Assembly (NCBI GenBank): GCA_021789595.1
Contig: JAJYJJ010000013.1
Span: 238 to 64,237 of the forward strand
Reading direction: 5' to 3'
Origin: Nitrospirota bacterium
GTDB taxonomy: Bacteria; Nitrospirota; Thermodesulfovibrionia; UBA6902; JAJYJJ01
Length of the DNA: 64,000 nucleotides
The position numbers were made by a program, and so were the translations under genes. A model generated the notes under the pieces. That model worked only from the letters and a program-made list of their open reading frames with translations. It was not told the DNA's origin and made no database searches. This document shows, piece by piece, positions 10,937 to 19,356 of the stretch. Each line of letters starts with the position of its first letter. The stretch's first letter is position 1.

Positions 10937-11131
10937 CGCCTAATTCCTAAAACAGGAAGCGGGGGAACCAATTATCGGGGTTAACGCCTATGGCGGGGGC
11001 AACTCTTTAAGCCCTAACCCGTCAGCTAACCTCGCAGGCGTTTAAAGAGGAGAAAACAATACGATTAGACTAACAAGTTAAATATGCAGAGGAACTTTTA
11101 GTGTATTAAGTTCCTCTTTTATTTTGACAAA
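10937..11131 (+). promoter_or_regulatory. ~200-nt structured 5' leader (candidate riboswitch/attenuator) of the APC permease gene
   Basis: Long untranslated leader with two CGGGGG-containing segments and an AAAGAGGAG element (11044-11052) complementary to the 3' arm of the downstream terminator, a possible antiterminator. No SD precedes the ATG. Confidence 0.3.
11089..11126 (+). terminator. Intrinsic terminator-like hairpin plus U-tract immediately upstream of the permease start codon
   Basis: AGAGGAACTT / AAGTTCCTCT 10-bp stem with a 9-nt loop, followed by TTTTATTTTG; ends 6 nt before the ATG at 11132. Confidence 0.5.
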
Positions 11132-12706
11132 ATGGACAGGACAGAGGATTCTACAACAAAGCAGGTTGAATTAAGGCGGGATGTAACGGTCTGGGGCTCC
11201 TTTATGTGGGGCTATGCAGATGTCGGCGCTGATATATACGCGGCCCTTGGCCTTGTCATGGCAGCAGCCCAGGGCGCAACAAACCTTGCCTTTGCCATGG
11301 CAGGGATGGTATATATAATGATAGGACTTGCCTATACCGAGTTAGCCTCCGCATATCCTGTTGCAGGCGGTGGGCAGTATTTCACTATGAGGGGGCTTGG
11401 AGATTTCTGGGGATTTCTGACAGGTTCAGCCCTGCTTCTGGATTATACCATTGACATTGCACTGTTTTCTGTTGCCTCAGCAGGCTATATCAATTTCTTT
11501 ATGCCGCATATATTCGGCTTTGGCCCTGAACACTTCAACATAACGATAGGCCCTCTCAAAAACATCAATCCCCTGTGGTGTGCTGAGTCGCTAATACTCA
11601 TTGCTTTTCTCATCTGGCTGAATATAAAGGGCATGAGGGAGTCTTCATTATTCAATGAGATAATCGGCGCAGTAGATATACTGACAGAATCAAGCATTAT
11701 CATTATCGGCTTTCTTTTCGCATGGAAACCCGAGCTGCTTGCACATCAATGGAGGTTTGAGTTTCCTACACTGAGCAATTTTATGTACGGTTCATCGCTT
11801 GCAATAATATCGTTTGTCGGCCTTGAATCCATATCCCAGGCGGCCCAGGAAACAAGAAGGCCTGCAACCATCATACCGAGGACATCCATAACCTTAATAT
11901 TCACAGTATTCATCTTTGCAACCGCATTTTCAACCCTCGGTCTTGGCATACTTCCATGGCAGAGTTTCAGGGAAAATATGGGAGACCCTGTTGCACTTCT
12001 TGCCCATAACATACCCATAATAGGCATAATAGCAGGGCCGTTTGCAGCCATCCTTGGTGCTACTATCCTTTTGATCTCAGCCAATTCAGGCGTTATGAGC
12101 GCATCAAGGCTGACATACTCCATGAGCAGGTTTCACCTTATAAGCAACTGGTTTGACGCAGTCCATCCAAAATTCAGAACCCCTGTAAGGACGATACTGA
12201 TCTTTTCGATGATCGGTGTGGTGCAGACAATACTCTCTTTCCTTACACCAAGCGCCATGGATACCCTTGGAAACATGTATGCCTTTGGCGCAACAACAGG
12301 ATATACCCTCGTCTTCATTGCACTCATAAGGTTAAGGATAACCGACCCATACACGCCACGGCCTTACAAGATGCCGCTTAACATCAAGATGAATCTGAGG
12401 GGCAAGAGGATTGACTTCCCTGTCCTCGGCATTATAGGTATGCTCGGCGTTTCAACCATCCTCTTTGAGGTTATTCTTACACATAAGATAGGCCGCATCG
12501 CTGGCCCGTCCTGGGTAATCCTCTGCCTGATCTACTATGCCTGGTATAGAAGGAAACAGGGGCTGCCTGTATTTAAGAGCGCACATAGAGAGTGGGAAAA
12601 CGAACAGATCGCCGTCCTCACCTCCGCTGAAGAGTATGACCTTGTTGAGGAATATAAGATTGCCCTTGCAGATAGGGATAAGAAGGTGAAGCATGAGAAA
12701 CAATAG
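11132..12706 (+). CDS. APC-superfamily amino acid/polyamine permease
   Basis: 12-TM hydrophobicity pattern, N-terminal L.R.L…W….G.GIF-like signature and overall APC-family architecture. Confidence 0.8.
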   Translation: MDRTEDSTTKQVELRRDVTVWGSFMWGYADVGADIYAALGLVMAAAQGATNLAFAMAGMVYIMIGLAYTELASAYPVAGGGQYFTMRGLGDFWGFLTGSALLLDYTIDIALFSVASAGYINFFMPHIFGFGPEHFNITIGPLKNINPLWCAESLILIAFLIWLNIKGMRESSLFNEIIGAVDILTESSIIIIGFLFAWKPELLAHQWRFEFPTLSNFMYGSSLAIISFVGLESISQAAQETRRPATIIPRTSITLIFTVFIFATAFSTLGLGILPWQSFRENMGDPVALLAHNIPIIGIIAGPFAAILGATILLISANSGVMSASRLTYSMSRFHLISNWFDAVHPKFRTPVRTILIFSMIGVVQTILSFLTPSAMDTLGNMYAFGATTGYTLVFIALIRLRITDPYTPRPYKMPLNIKMNLRGKRIDFPVLGIIGMLGVSTILFEVILTHKIGRIAGPSWVILCLIYYAWYRRKQGLPVFKSAHREWENEQIAVLTSAEEYDLVEEYKIALADRDKKVKHEKQ

Positions 12707-12899
12707 GCATATCCCATTCATTGAGTATTTCAAGGCCTTCAACAGCTTTCTTTTTATTATCCTTGGCGGGGTGATAATCTTGCATTCGCTTTTCTCGGTT
12801 CCAACAGTCCCTGCTGTGCTGGCCGGAGGCAGTTTTCTGGGTTTTGGCATCTACAGGATTAGATTTGTTATACGGTATATCAAGGGCCTAAGGACATGA
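12693..12899 (+). CDS. Small hypothetical membrane protein
   Basis: 68 aa with two hydrophobic helices, overlapping the permease stop and the Usp start. Only ORF evidence. Confidence 0.3.
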   Translation: MRNNRHIPFIEYFKAFNSFLFIILGGVIILHSLFSVPTVPAVLAGGSFLGFGIYRIRFVIRYIKGLRT

Positions 12900-13456
12900 A
12901 CTATCAGATATCTCCATTAGGTGTTGTCATCGCTGCTGCCTTTGCCATAGCTATGGGTAGCCTGCTCTGGTGGATGCTCAAGCTTCCGCCATATATTCCG
13001 GCTGCAGCAGCAAAGGCAAGGAGGGGGGTTGGTGCGCTAAGGAATATCCTTGTGCCAACAGTGGGCCTCCCATGTTCTGAGAGGGGCATTGAAATGGCAT
13101 GCAGGCTTGGCCAGGAACAGAAGGCAACTATCCACCTCATATATGTTATAGAGGTTTCCAGGACCCTTCCACTCGATGCACCAATGCCTGAGATTGAGCC
13201 TATAGCAAAGGACGCCCTGAAAAGGGCAGAGGAGATTGTTACATTGAGGGGGTTAACTCCTGTAAGTGAGATAAGGAGGGCAAGGATTGCAGGTGAGGAG
13301 ATTATAAGGGTCGCAAAGGATATCGAGGCTGACATTATAGTGATGGGTATACGCACAAGCATAAGCATGACAGAGCATATTATTGGCAGGACATCTGAGA
13401 TTGTAATGCGAAGGGCGCCATGCGAGGTATTGATAGATAAACTCCCTGGAGAATAG
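12896..13456 (+). CDS. Universal stress protein (UspA-family) with an N-terminal membrane anchor
   Basis: N-terminal TM helix followed by a Usp-like alpha/beta pattern (IHLIYVIEV…ADIIVMG…APCEVLI). Confidence 0.65.
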   Translation: MNYQISPLGVVIAAAFAIAMGSLLWWMLKLPPYIPAAAAKARRGVGALRNILVPTVGLPCSERGIEMACRLGQEQKATIHLIYVIEVSRTLPLDAPMPEIEPIAKDALKRAEEIVTLRGLTPVSEIRRARIAGEEIIRVAKDIEADIIVMGIRTSISMTEHIIGRTSEIVMRRAPCEVLIDKLPGE

Positions 13457-13464
13457 GAGGATTT

Positions 13465-13866
13465 ATGAGAATAGTCATCCTTGGCTGTGGAAGGGTTGGT
13501 TCAAGGCTTTCTAACAGCCTTTCAGCAGAAGGACACACAGTGGTTGTTATAGACAAAGATGTAGAGGCATTCAGACGGCTTAATGAAAGACTTTCATTTA
13601 AAAGGCTTGCAGGTGCGGCCTTTAGTGAGAAGGTCATGAAACAGGCATTTGCAGAGGCAACGGATATGTTTATAGCCGTTGCTGATAAGGACAACATAAA
13701 TATAATGGTTGCGCAGATTGTAAAGAACCTCTATCATGTTCCGCGCATTCTCCTAAGGGTTCAGGACCCTGTGCTTGCAGAGCTGTATAATGGATTGGGC
13801 ATGGAGGCTGTGTGTCCGACAGAGCTTAGCCTATCAGAATTTAAAAAACTTGTGGCAGCAGTATAG
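13465..13866 (+). CDS. RCK/TrkA-N (NAD-binding) domain protein
   Basis: Rossmann motif ILGCGRVG plus the TrkA-N pattern; no TrkA-C domain. Confidence 0.7.
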   Translation: MRIVILGCGRVGSRLSNSLSAEGHTVVVIDKDVEAFRRLNERLSFKRLAGAAFSEKVMKQAFAEATDMFIAVADKDNINIMVAQIVKNLYHVPRILLRVQDPVLAELYNGLGMEAVCPTELSLSEFKKLVAAV

Positions 13867-13892
13867 AAGGTCACAAAGGCAGGAGGCGATAG

Positions 13893-14543
13893 ATGTATAT
13901 AATAATAGTTGGGGCGGGTAAGGTCGGTTACAACCTCGGAAAGTTTTTGCTTAGCCAGGGGCATGAGATTATGCTTATTGAAAATGATAAATCAAAGATG
14001 GATAACCTGACCTCTGAATTCAGCGAGAATGTGGTATTTGGCGATGGGACATCGCCCGAGGTTCTCACATCTGCAGGGATTGCAAGGGCAGATGTAGTGG
14101 TTGCTGTTACTGGAGAGGATGAGGATAACCTTGTTGTGGGCCAGATAGCAAAGCTCATATTTGTTGTGCCAAAGACCATTGCAAGGGTAAATAACCCGAG
14201 GAATGAGGCCATATTCAGCAGCCTCGGTATCGACGCTACTGTAAGTGCAACAAGGATGATAAACTGCCTTATCGAGGAACAGGTCAGGGCCGGGGATATG
14301 GTTCCCATCCTGACACTTAAGGGAGGGGATGTAGAGATAGTCCAGGTTGAGTTGACAGAGAAGTCCCCCATAGTTGGCAAGAGGATAATGGATATTTCTC
14401 TTCCTGAAGACTCGCTCTTTATCTCAATAATAAGGAATGATGATGTCTTGATCCCCAAAGGCGATACAGACTTCAGGGTTGAGGATAAGATTATTGCCCT
14501 TGTGAAAAAAGAAAAGGAACAGGAATTGAGGAAGCTCTTATAA
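13893..14543 (+). CDS. TrkA/KtrA-like RCK protein (TrkA-N plus TrkA-C)
   Basis: Rossmann motif IVGAGKVG in the N-terminal domain and a C-terminal TrkA-C-like beta domain (…VELTEKSPIVGKRI…). Confidence 0.75.
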   Translation: MYIIIVGAGKVGYNLGKFLLSQGHEIMLIENDKSKMDNLTSEFSENVVFGDGTSPEVLTSAGIARADVVVAVTGEDEDNLVVGQIAKLIFVVPKTIARVNNPRNEAIFSSLGIDATVSATRMINCLIEEQVRAGDMVPILTLKGGDVEIVQVELTEKSPIVGKRIMDISLPEDSLFISIIRNDDVLIPKGDTDFRVEDKIIALVKKEKEQELRKLL

Positions 14544-14545
14544 AG

Positions 14546-15502
14546 CTATCCCCATAAATGACATGCGACTACTCTGCCTCTTACCTCTCTTAACTCAGGC
14601 ACGACCGAACTACAGGGTTCAAATCTCTTCGGACATCTCGGGTGAAAAGGACATCCAGGAGGGATTTCCACATGGCTTGGCACATCCCCCTCAAGTATAA
14701 TCCTCATAGTTTTTCTTTCAGGGTCAGGCCGGGGAACTGCTGAGATCAGGGCGGCTGTATATGGATGAAAAGGCACTGGAAATAGTTCCTCTGTCTTTCC
14801 GAGTTCTACTACTTTTCCAAGGTACATTACAGCCACTGTATCGCTAAAGTGCCTGACCACCTCGAGGTTGTGGCTTATAAAGAGAAAGGATATATTTGAG
14901 GATGTGCGGAGTTCATCAAGGAGGTTTATTATCTGGGCCTGTATGGATACATCAAGTGCAGAGGTGGGCTCGTCTGCAACGATGAGCATGGGGTTAACCG
15001 CAAGTGCCCTTGCTATACATATCCTCTGCCTCTGTCCTCCGCTAAATTCATGGGGATAGCGGTAAAGCGCATCGCTGTCCATTCCAACCTTGTTCAGCAG
15101 CTCAACAACCTTCTCTTTTAACGCCTTACCACTGACAATCTTATGCACTATAAGTGGCTCACCAATTGCATCTATAATCCTATGTCGTGGATTAAGGGAT
15201 GCAAATGGATCCTGAAATATTATCTGGAGCTGCCTTCTTATCCTGAGAAGCTCGGACCTTGATGCCCGAGTTATGTCCACTTCATTGAAATATACATGGC
15301 CATCTGTTGGCTCTATCAGCCTCAGGACAAGCCTTGCAAGGGTAGATTTTCCACAGCCGCTTTCTCCAACGACTGCGAAGACCTCGCCCTGGTTTATGGA
15401 GAAATCCACTCCATCAACCGCCCTTGACAGCCTTTTGGCCTTTAATAGACCTCCTTTTACGGCAAAGTGTTTTTTAAGCCCCTCCACCTTTAAAAGACTC
15501 AT
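14546..15502 (-). CDS. oppF: Oligopeptide/dipeptide ABC transporter ATP-binding protein (OppF/DppF type)
   Basis: Walker A GESGCGKST, ABC signature LSGGQRQR, Walker B LIVADEPTSALD and the C-terminal oligopeptide-ABC extension with a Cys-rich tail. Confidence 0.85.
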   Translation of the reverse strand: MSLLKVEGLKKHFAVKGGLLKAKRLSRAVDGVDFSINQGEVFAVVGESGCGKSTLARLVLRLIEPTDGHVYFNEVDITRASRSELLRIRRQLQIIFQDPFASLNPRHRIIDAIGEPLIVHKIVSGKALKEKVVELLNKVGMDSDALYRYPHEFSGGQRQRICIARALAVNPMLIVADEPTSALDVSIQAQIINLLDELRTSSNISFLFISHNLEVVRHFSDTVAVMYLGKVVELGKTEELFPVPFHPYTAALISAVPRPDPERKTMRIILEGDVPSHVEIPPGCPFHPRCPKRFEPCSSVVPELREVRGRVVACHLWG

Positions 15503-16500
15503 AATAGCCTTGCCCTTATACAGCGGCTTAGATGAGCCTGTTCTACGGGTTCAAGCCCTGGTTCTCTTTCAACACATTCATGAATAGCATACCTGCATCT
15601 CGGTGCAAACTTGCATCCAGGCGGAAGCTCTGATGGCCTTGGAACCTGCCCTGGAATCGGCCTTAGAGCCTCACCCCTACCCCTTGGAAGGGAGTCAAGA
15701 AGTCCTATGGTATATGGGTGCCTTGGCCCTCTAAAGATCTCCCTGACATCTGCTAACTCAACAATCCTTCCAGCATACATTACCGCAAGCCTTGTTGCCC
15801 ATTCCGCAATAATTCCGAGGTCATGGGTTATAAGCAGCATTGCCATCTTTTTGCCCTCTACAAGGGTATTAAGGAGATCAAGTATCTGGGCCTGTATGGT
15901 AACATCGAGGGCAGTAGTTGGCTCGTCTGCTATCAACAGGGAAGGGTTACACGCAATAGCCATCGCAATCATAACCCTCTGCCTCAACCCGCCGCTCATC
16001 TGGTGTGGATATTCCTTTATCCTCAACTCAGGCGACGGCATCCTGACAGACCTGAGGAGTTCAACCGCCTCTGTCATTGCCTCTTTTCTTGACAGACCCC
16101 TATGTGTGATTAAGACCTCTGCTATCTGATAACCCACGGTGAACACGGGGTTGAGTGATGTCATTGGCTCTTGAAAGACCATGGATATATCCTTTCCCCT
16201 TATCCTTCGCAGATCAGCCTCAGATTTTGTAATCAGGTCTTCCCCGCGGAAGATAATACTGCCTGTGAGTTTAACATTATGAGGCAGCAGCCTCAGGATT
16301 GAAAGGGCTGTCACAGTCTTTCCGCATCCGCTTTCTCCTGCAATGCCAAATACCTCAGCGTCGTTGACAGTAAAATGTATATCAGAGACAACATCCAGTT
16401 CAGTATCGCCCTGTAAAAAAGATATCCTCAGATTATTAACCGATAAAAGGGGCATGCCTCTATACCTTAATGGTCTATCAGGCTTAATAGCATATAACAA
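15499..16500 (-). CDS. oppD: Oligopeptide/dipeptide ABC transporter ATP-binding protein (OppD/DppD type)
   Basis: Walker A GESGCGKT, signature MSGGLRQR, Walker B LLIADEPTTALD, C-terminal OppD-type extension; overlaps oppF. Confidence 0.85.
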   Translation of the reverse strand: MLYAIKPDRPLRYRGMPLLSVNNLRISFLQGDTELDVVSDIHFTVNDAEVFGIAGESGCGKTVTALSILRLLPHNVKLTGSIIFRGEDLITKSEADLRRIRGKDISMVFQEPMTSLNPVFTVGYQIAEVLITHRGLSRKEAMTEAVELLRSVRMPSPELRIKEYPHQMSGGLRQRVMIAMAIACNPSLLIADEPTTALDVTIQAQILDLLNTLVEGKKMAMLLITHDLGIIAEWATRLAVMYAGRIVELADVREIFRGPRHPYTIGLLDSLPRGRGEALRPIPGQVPRPSELPPGCKFAPRCRYAIHECVEREPGLEPVEQAHLSRCIRARLL

Positions 16501-16546
16501 GGATAAGATAGATAAAGTGGATGTCTTTGAGGGATTAGGAGGGCTA

Positions 16547-17281
16547 TCACTCTTCCTGTTTCTTCATAAGCCTTAGATAGAGCTTTGCGTCTTTTAAGTC
16601 GGGGTTTCTCCTCAATGCCTCTTCCCACTCTTCTATTGCAAGCCCCGTAAGACCCTGACTATAGTAGGTTACACCGAGATTGACCCAGGCAGGACCATAA
16701 TTGGGATTTATCTCCTTGGCCTTACTGAACTGTATAATGGCATCTTCATGAAGGCCCTTATTCCTCAACGCTATCCCTAATTTCGTAAGGACATCTGCAA
16801 GCATTGGTGAAAACCTTAATGCCTTGTTGTATTCCTCTATAGCCTCATCGTTCAGCCCAAGCTCAAGGTATATGTTGCCTAACTTGTAATGCTCATTGGC
16901 AAGTTTACCAGCAGTGAAAGGGTCCATGGTCGTTGGCGTTGGGTGCACTATCTGCGCTGCCTTTGAAAGAATATCCTGTGCGCGTTTGAATTCTCCAATG
17001 TCATTGTATGTTACAGCGAGATTGAGCGACACCTCTGTATATCTCGGATTGATCCTTAATGCCTCTTCGAAATGGTGTATTGCCTTATCAAGCTCACCCT
17101 TCTGATGGTATATAATGCCGAGTTTGTTATGGACATCAGCATAGTTCGGGTTTGTCTTGATTATATCTAAAAGCAGTGCCTCTGCCTCATAATACTTACC
17201 GCTTTCAAACAGTTCATTGCCTAACTGATAAAGTTCAAGAGTCCTGCTGTCCAATTGCGTTTCCCTCTTCGGGTAGAACAA
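16547..17281 (-). CDS. Tetratricopeptide-repeat (TPR) protein
   Basis: Repeated 34-aa TPR pattern (…A..Y..AL.L.P…) throughout. Confidence 0.8.
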   Translation of the reverse strand: MFYPKRETQLDSRTLELYQLGNELFESGKYYEAEALLLDIIKTNPNYADVHNKLGIIYHQKGELDKAIHHFEEALRINPRYTEVSLNLAVTYNDIGEFKRAQDILSKAAQIVHPTPTTMDPFTAGKLANEHYKLGNIYLELGLNDEAIEEYNKALRFSPMLADVLTKLGIALRNKGLHEDAIIQFSKAKEINPNYGPAWVNLGVTYYSQGLTGLAIEEWEEALRRNPDLKDAKLYLRLMKKQEE

Positions 17282-17495
17282 GATGTATGTTCTGCTTGTT
17301 GACTATAAGAAAGCCTGCCTCATGACAGAGCTGCTCGTCTTTCATAGAAAATACCTTTGCATCTGTAATCACCACAAAAGAGCCTTTCTCAGAACCTCCA
17401 TAGAGGCGATTGAAATAATCTATGAGCCTCCCTTTCACGGGGAGATGGACATATCCTGTTATCTTATAGTACTGGGTTATGAGGGTAACCCCCAT
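17235..17495 (-). CDS. Hypothetical protein (87 aa if it starts at MGVTL; the ORF could extend to 17621)
   Basis: ORF upstream of and overlapping the TPR gene start; no recognised motifs. Confidence 0.25.
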   Translation of the reverse strand: MGVTLITQYYKITGYVHLPVKGRLIDYFNRLYGGSEKGSFVVITDAKVFSMKDEQLCHEAGFLIVNKQNIHLVLPEEGNAIGQQDS

Positions 17496-17674
17496 TTTTT
17501 CTGTTGGTGCCTGTAGTGCCCTTTGCATCCTGACAAAAGTATATGAGAAGACATCCACTTTGTCAAGTGGTTGGTGAACAGGTAAAAAATGAACTACAAA
17601 CAAAAAATGGACAATTGACATCCTGTGGTTTTTAGGGTATGGTTATATATACTTTTTAGGAGGTCATAACTGAA

Positions 17675-18385
17675 TTGGAAGATGTTGGCCGTAGAATGGC
17701 AAAACGCATTACGGTGAAGAAGGAGATTGTTGTTAACGGCAGCATCAAGGCCTTTGCCGCTGACATCAGCGAGGGCGGGATGTATATATTCACAACGCAA
17801 GAATTTCCACAAGATTCTGATATAACCGTTGAGTTTACACTCAAACAAGGGGAACAACCTGTCAGGCTTAAGGCGCATATCCTGTATTCTCATGGCGGCA
17901 TGGGATATGGTGTGAGCTTTGTTGATGCAGCAGAAGATGCTATAGTATGCATAAAGGACTATATCAACAGCCAGTCTGAAGAGGCATTGAAGGCAGAGGC
18001 CGTTATGCAGAAGAAGGTATTGATAGTAGATGACTCAGAGCAGGTCCGCCGCATGTTTAAAAACAGCCTTCTTTTAGAGGGATTCTATGTGACGGAAGCG
18101 GCAAATGGCATTGAAGCCGCAAAGATCCTGTCCAGGGAAAGGCCTGACCTTATTGTCCTTGACCTATTTATGGAAGGCATGGATGGTTATAAACTCCTTC
18201 AGTTTATACGGTTGAATCCAGACTGGCATGACATCCCTGTAATTGTGCTTTCTGCCAGGGGGCTGCCTGCGGAGATAGAGAAGGCCATTGCCATCGGCAT
18301 AGATGACTTCCTTGTGAAGATGAGCACAACACCCAAGAAACTCATTGAAAAGATAAGGGAGGTCTTGAAGAAAAGATACGGCTGA
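17675..18385 (+). CDS. PilZ-domain / response-regulator receiver (REC) fusion protein
   Basis: N-terminal PilZ-like c-di-GMP-binding pattern (RITVKK…DISEGGMYIF…) and a C-terminal CheY-like REC domain (KVLIVDDSEQVRR…LIVLDLFMEGMDG…VIVLSA). The apparent start is TTG; RBS AGGAGG lies 11 nt upstream. Confidence 0.7.
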   Translation: MEDVGRRMAKRITVKKEIVVNGSIKAFAADISEGGMYIFTTQEFPQDSDITVEFTLKQGEQPVRLKAHILYSHGGMGYGVSFVDAAEDAIVCIKDYINSQSEEALKAEAVMQKKVLIVDDSEQVRRMFKNSLLLEGFYVTEAANGIEAAKILSRERPDLIVLDLFMEGMDGYKLLQFIRLNPDWHDIPVIVLSARGLPAEIEKAIAIGIDDFLVKMSTTPKKLIEKIREVLKKRYG

Positions 18386-18417
18386 TTATCTCTTTGTATA
18401 AACACAGGCAGGTTACA

Positions 18418-19290
18418 TCAGTCCTTCCTTCCCCCGACGACCTCTTTGCCCGACGACCTCTTTGCCCAGACGACCTCTTTGTATGAGTAGATAAATGCAG
18501 GTAAGGCAATAGCAATCATAAAAATGGCGATGACTGTATAATCCGACTTAATTGGAATCACCTTATCAATCCCCACGATGGTTATGAGACCTGCGACCAT
18601 AAAAAGGAGCCCGCCAAAGAACAATGTGCGTCCGCCTGTCTGACTTCCAACCCTTCTGATGTCTTCCTCTGTAAGGGAGCCTATCAATTTTAAGGATACA
18701 CCAAATAAAGCACCTACAATGATAAGCATCAACATTGTGCCGAGCCCGAACAGAAGTCCTGGCAAGAATCCAAGCCATGCATTTGGCATCGCAGGTGCTG
18801 CAACTGTATTTATAAATAATGCAAAGCTGCCAAAACCAAATCCTGCTATAAATCCATGGATGAGGGTCCATTTAACAGGAAGTACTGTGACAACCGGTTG
18901 GCAGGGTTCACAACTTCTGCTCAGTATATGTGGTGTATGCTCCATATCCTTTGCATTGTCATGGTGATGTCCTAAAATATGCAGGTGAGGATAGCGGTTT
19001 TTTCTGAGTACAAATGCACCCGCAGCTACCATTACAATCCCCACAATTAAATAGATATACTGGTTTATAGATCGCAGAAAAGGAGCAAGGGCAAGATAAG
19101 AAAGTTCAGAGATGATCATACGCTGGGTGGTAAAACCTATCGAAAAATATAGACCTGATCTCAGACCACCCTTGCCGCTACCGCTACTAATAGCGTAGCT
19201 GAATATTATAGGCCATGTATGTTCATCAGGTATTATCCCATGTAAGATCCCGAATAGAAATGAATATACAACCGCTGTAATTGCATTCAT
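18418..19290 (-). CDS. NicO/HoxN-like nickel/cobalt (metal) transporter family membrane protein
   Basis: Polytopic membrane protein with HGIIPDEH and HILGHHHD His-rich motifs like the signature helices of Ni/Co permeases. C-terminus encoded by a 17-bp tandem repeat. Confidence 0.45.
   Translation of the reverse strand: MNAITAVVYSFLFGILHGIIPDEHTWPIIFSYAISSGSGKGGLRSGLYFSIGFTTQRMIISELSYLALAPFLRSINQYIYLIVGIVMVAAGAFVLRKNRYPHLHILGHHHDNAKDMEHTPHILSRSCEPCQPVVTVLPVKWTLIHGFIAGFGFGSFALFINTVAAPAMPNAWLGFLPGLLFGLGTMLMLIIVGALFGVSLKLIGSLTEEDIRRVGSQTGGRTLFFGGLLFMVAGLITIVGIDKVIPIKSDYTVIAIFMIAIALPAFIYSYKEVVWAKRSSGKEVVGGRKD
18429..18480. repeat. 17-bp tandem direct repeat x3 (CAAAGAGGTCGTCKGGG unit, given in coding/minus-strand orientation; the supplied + strand shows CCCMGACGACCTCTTTG) at the 3' end of the NicO-like gene
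   Basis: Three consecutive near-identical 17-nt units seen directly in the sequence. The unit is not a multiple of 3, so each copy is read in a different frame (KEVVW / KRSSG / KEVVGG). Confidence 0.8.
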
Positions 19291-19356
19291 AAACTTCCCC
19301 CTTCTGATGAACCTCTCCGCAGCAAGCTACCAGATGTCTAAAATCAACACCCTTCC

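Noticed and set aside
17594-17893. 99-aa and 62-aa minus-strand ORFs overlapping the start of the PilZ-REC gene
   Set aside because: They overlap the promoter/RBS region and 5' coding sequence of a well-supported plus-strand gene and have no motifs.
19291-19356. Possible sigma54 (-24/-12) promoter upstream of the NicO-like gene (TGGTAGCTTGCTGC on the minus strand)
   Set aside because: The GG-to-GC spacing is one nucleotide short of consensus and the -12 element is poor, so it is too weak to call without a PWM scan.
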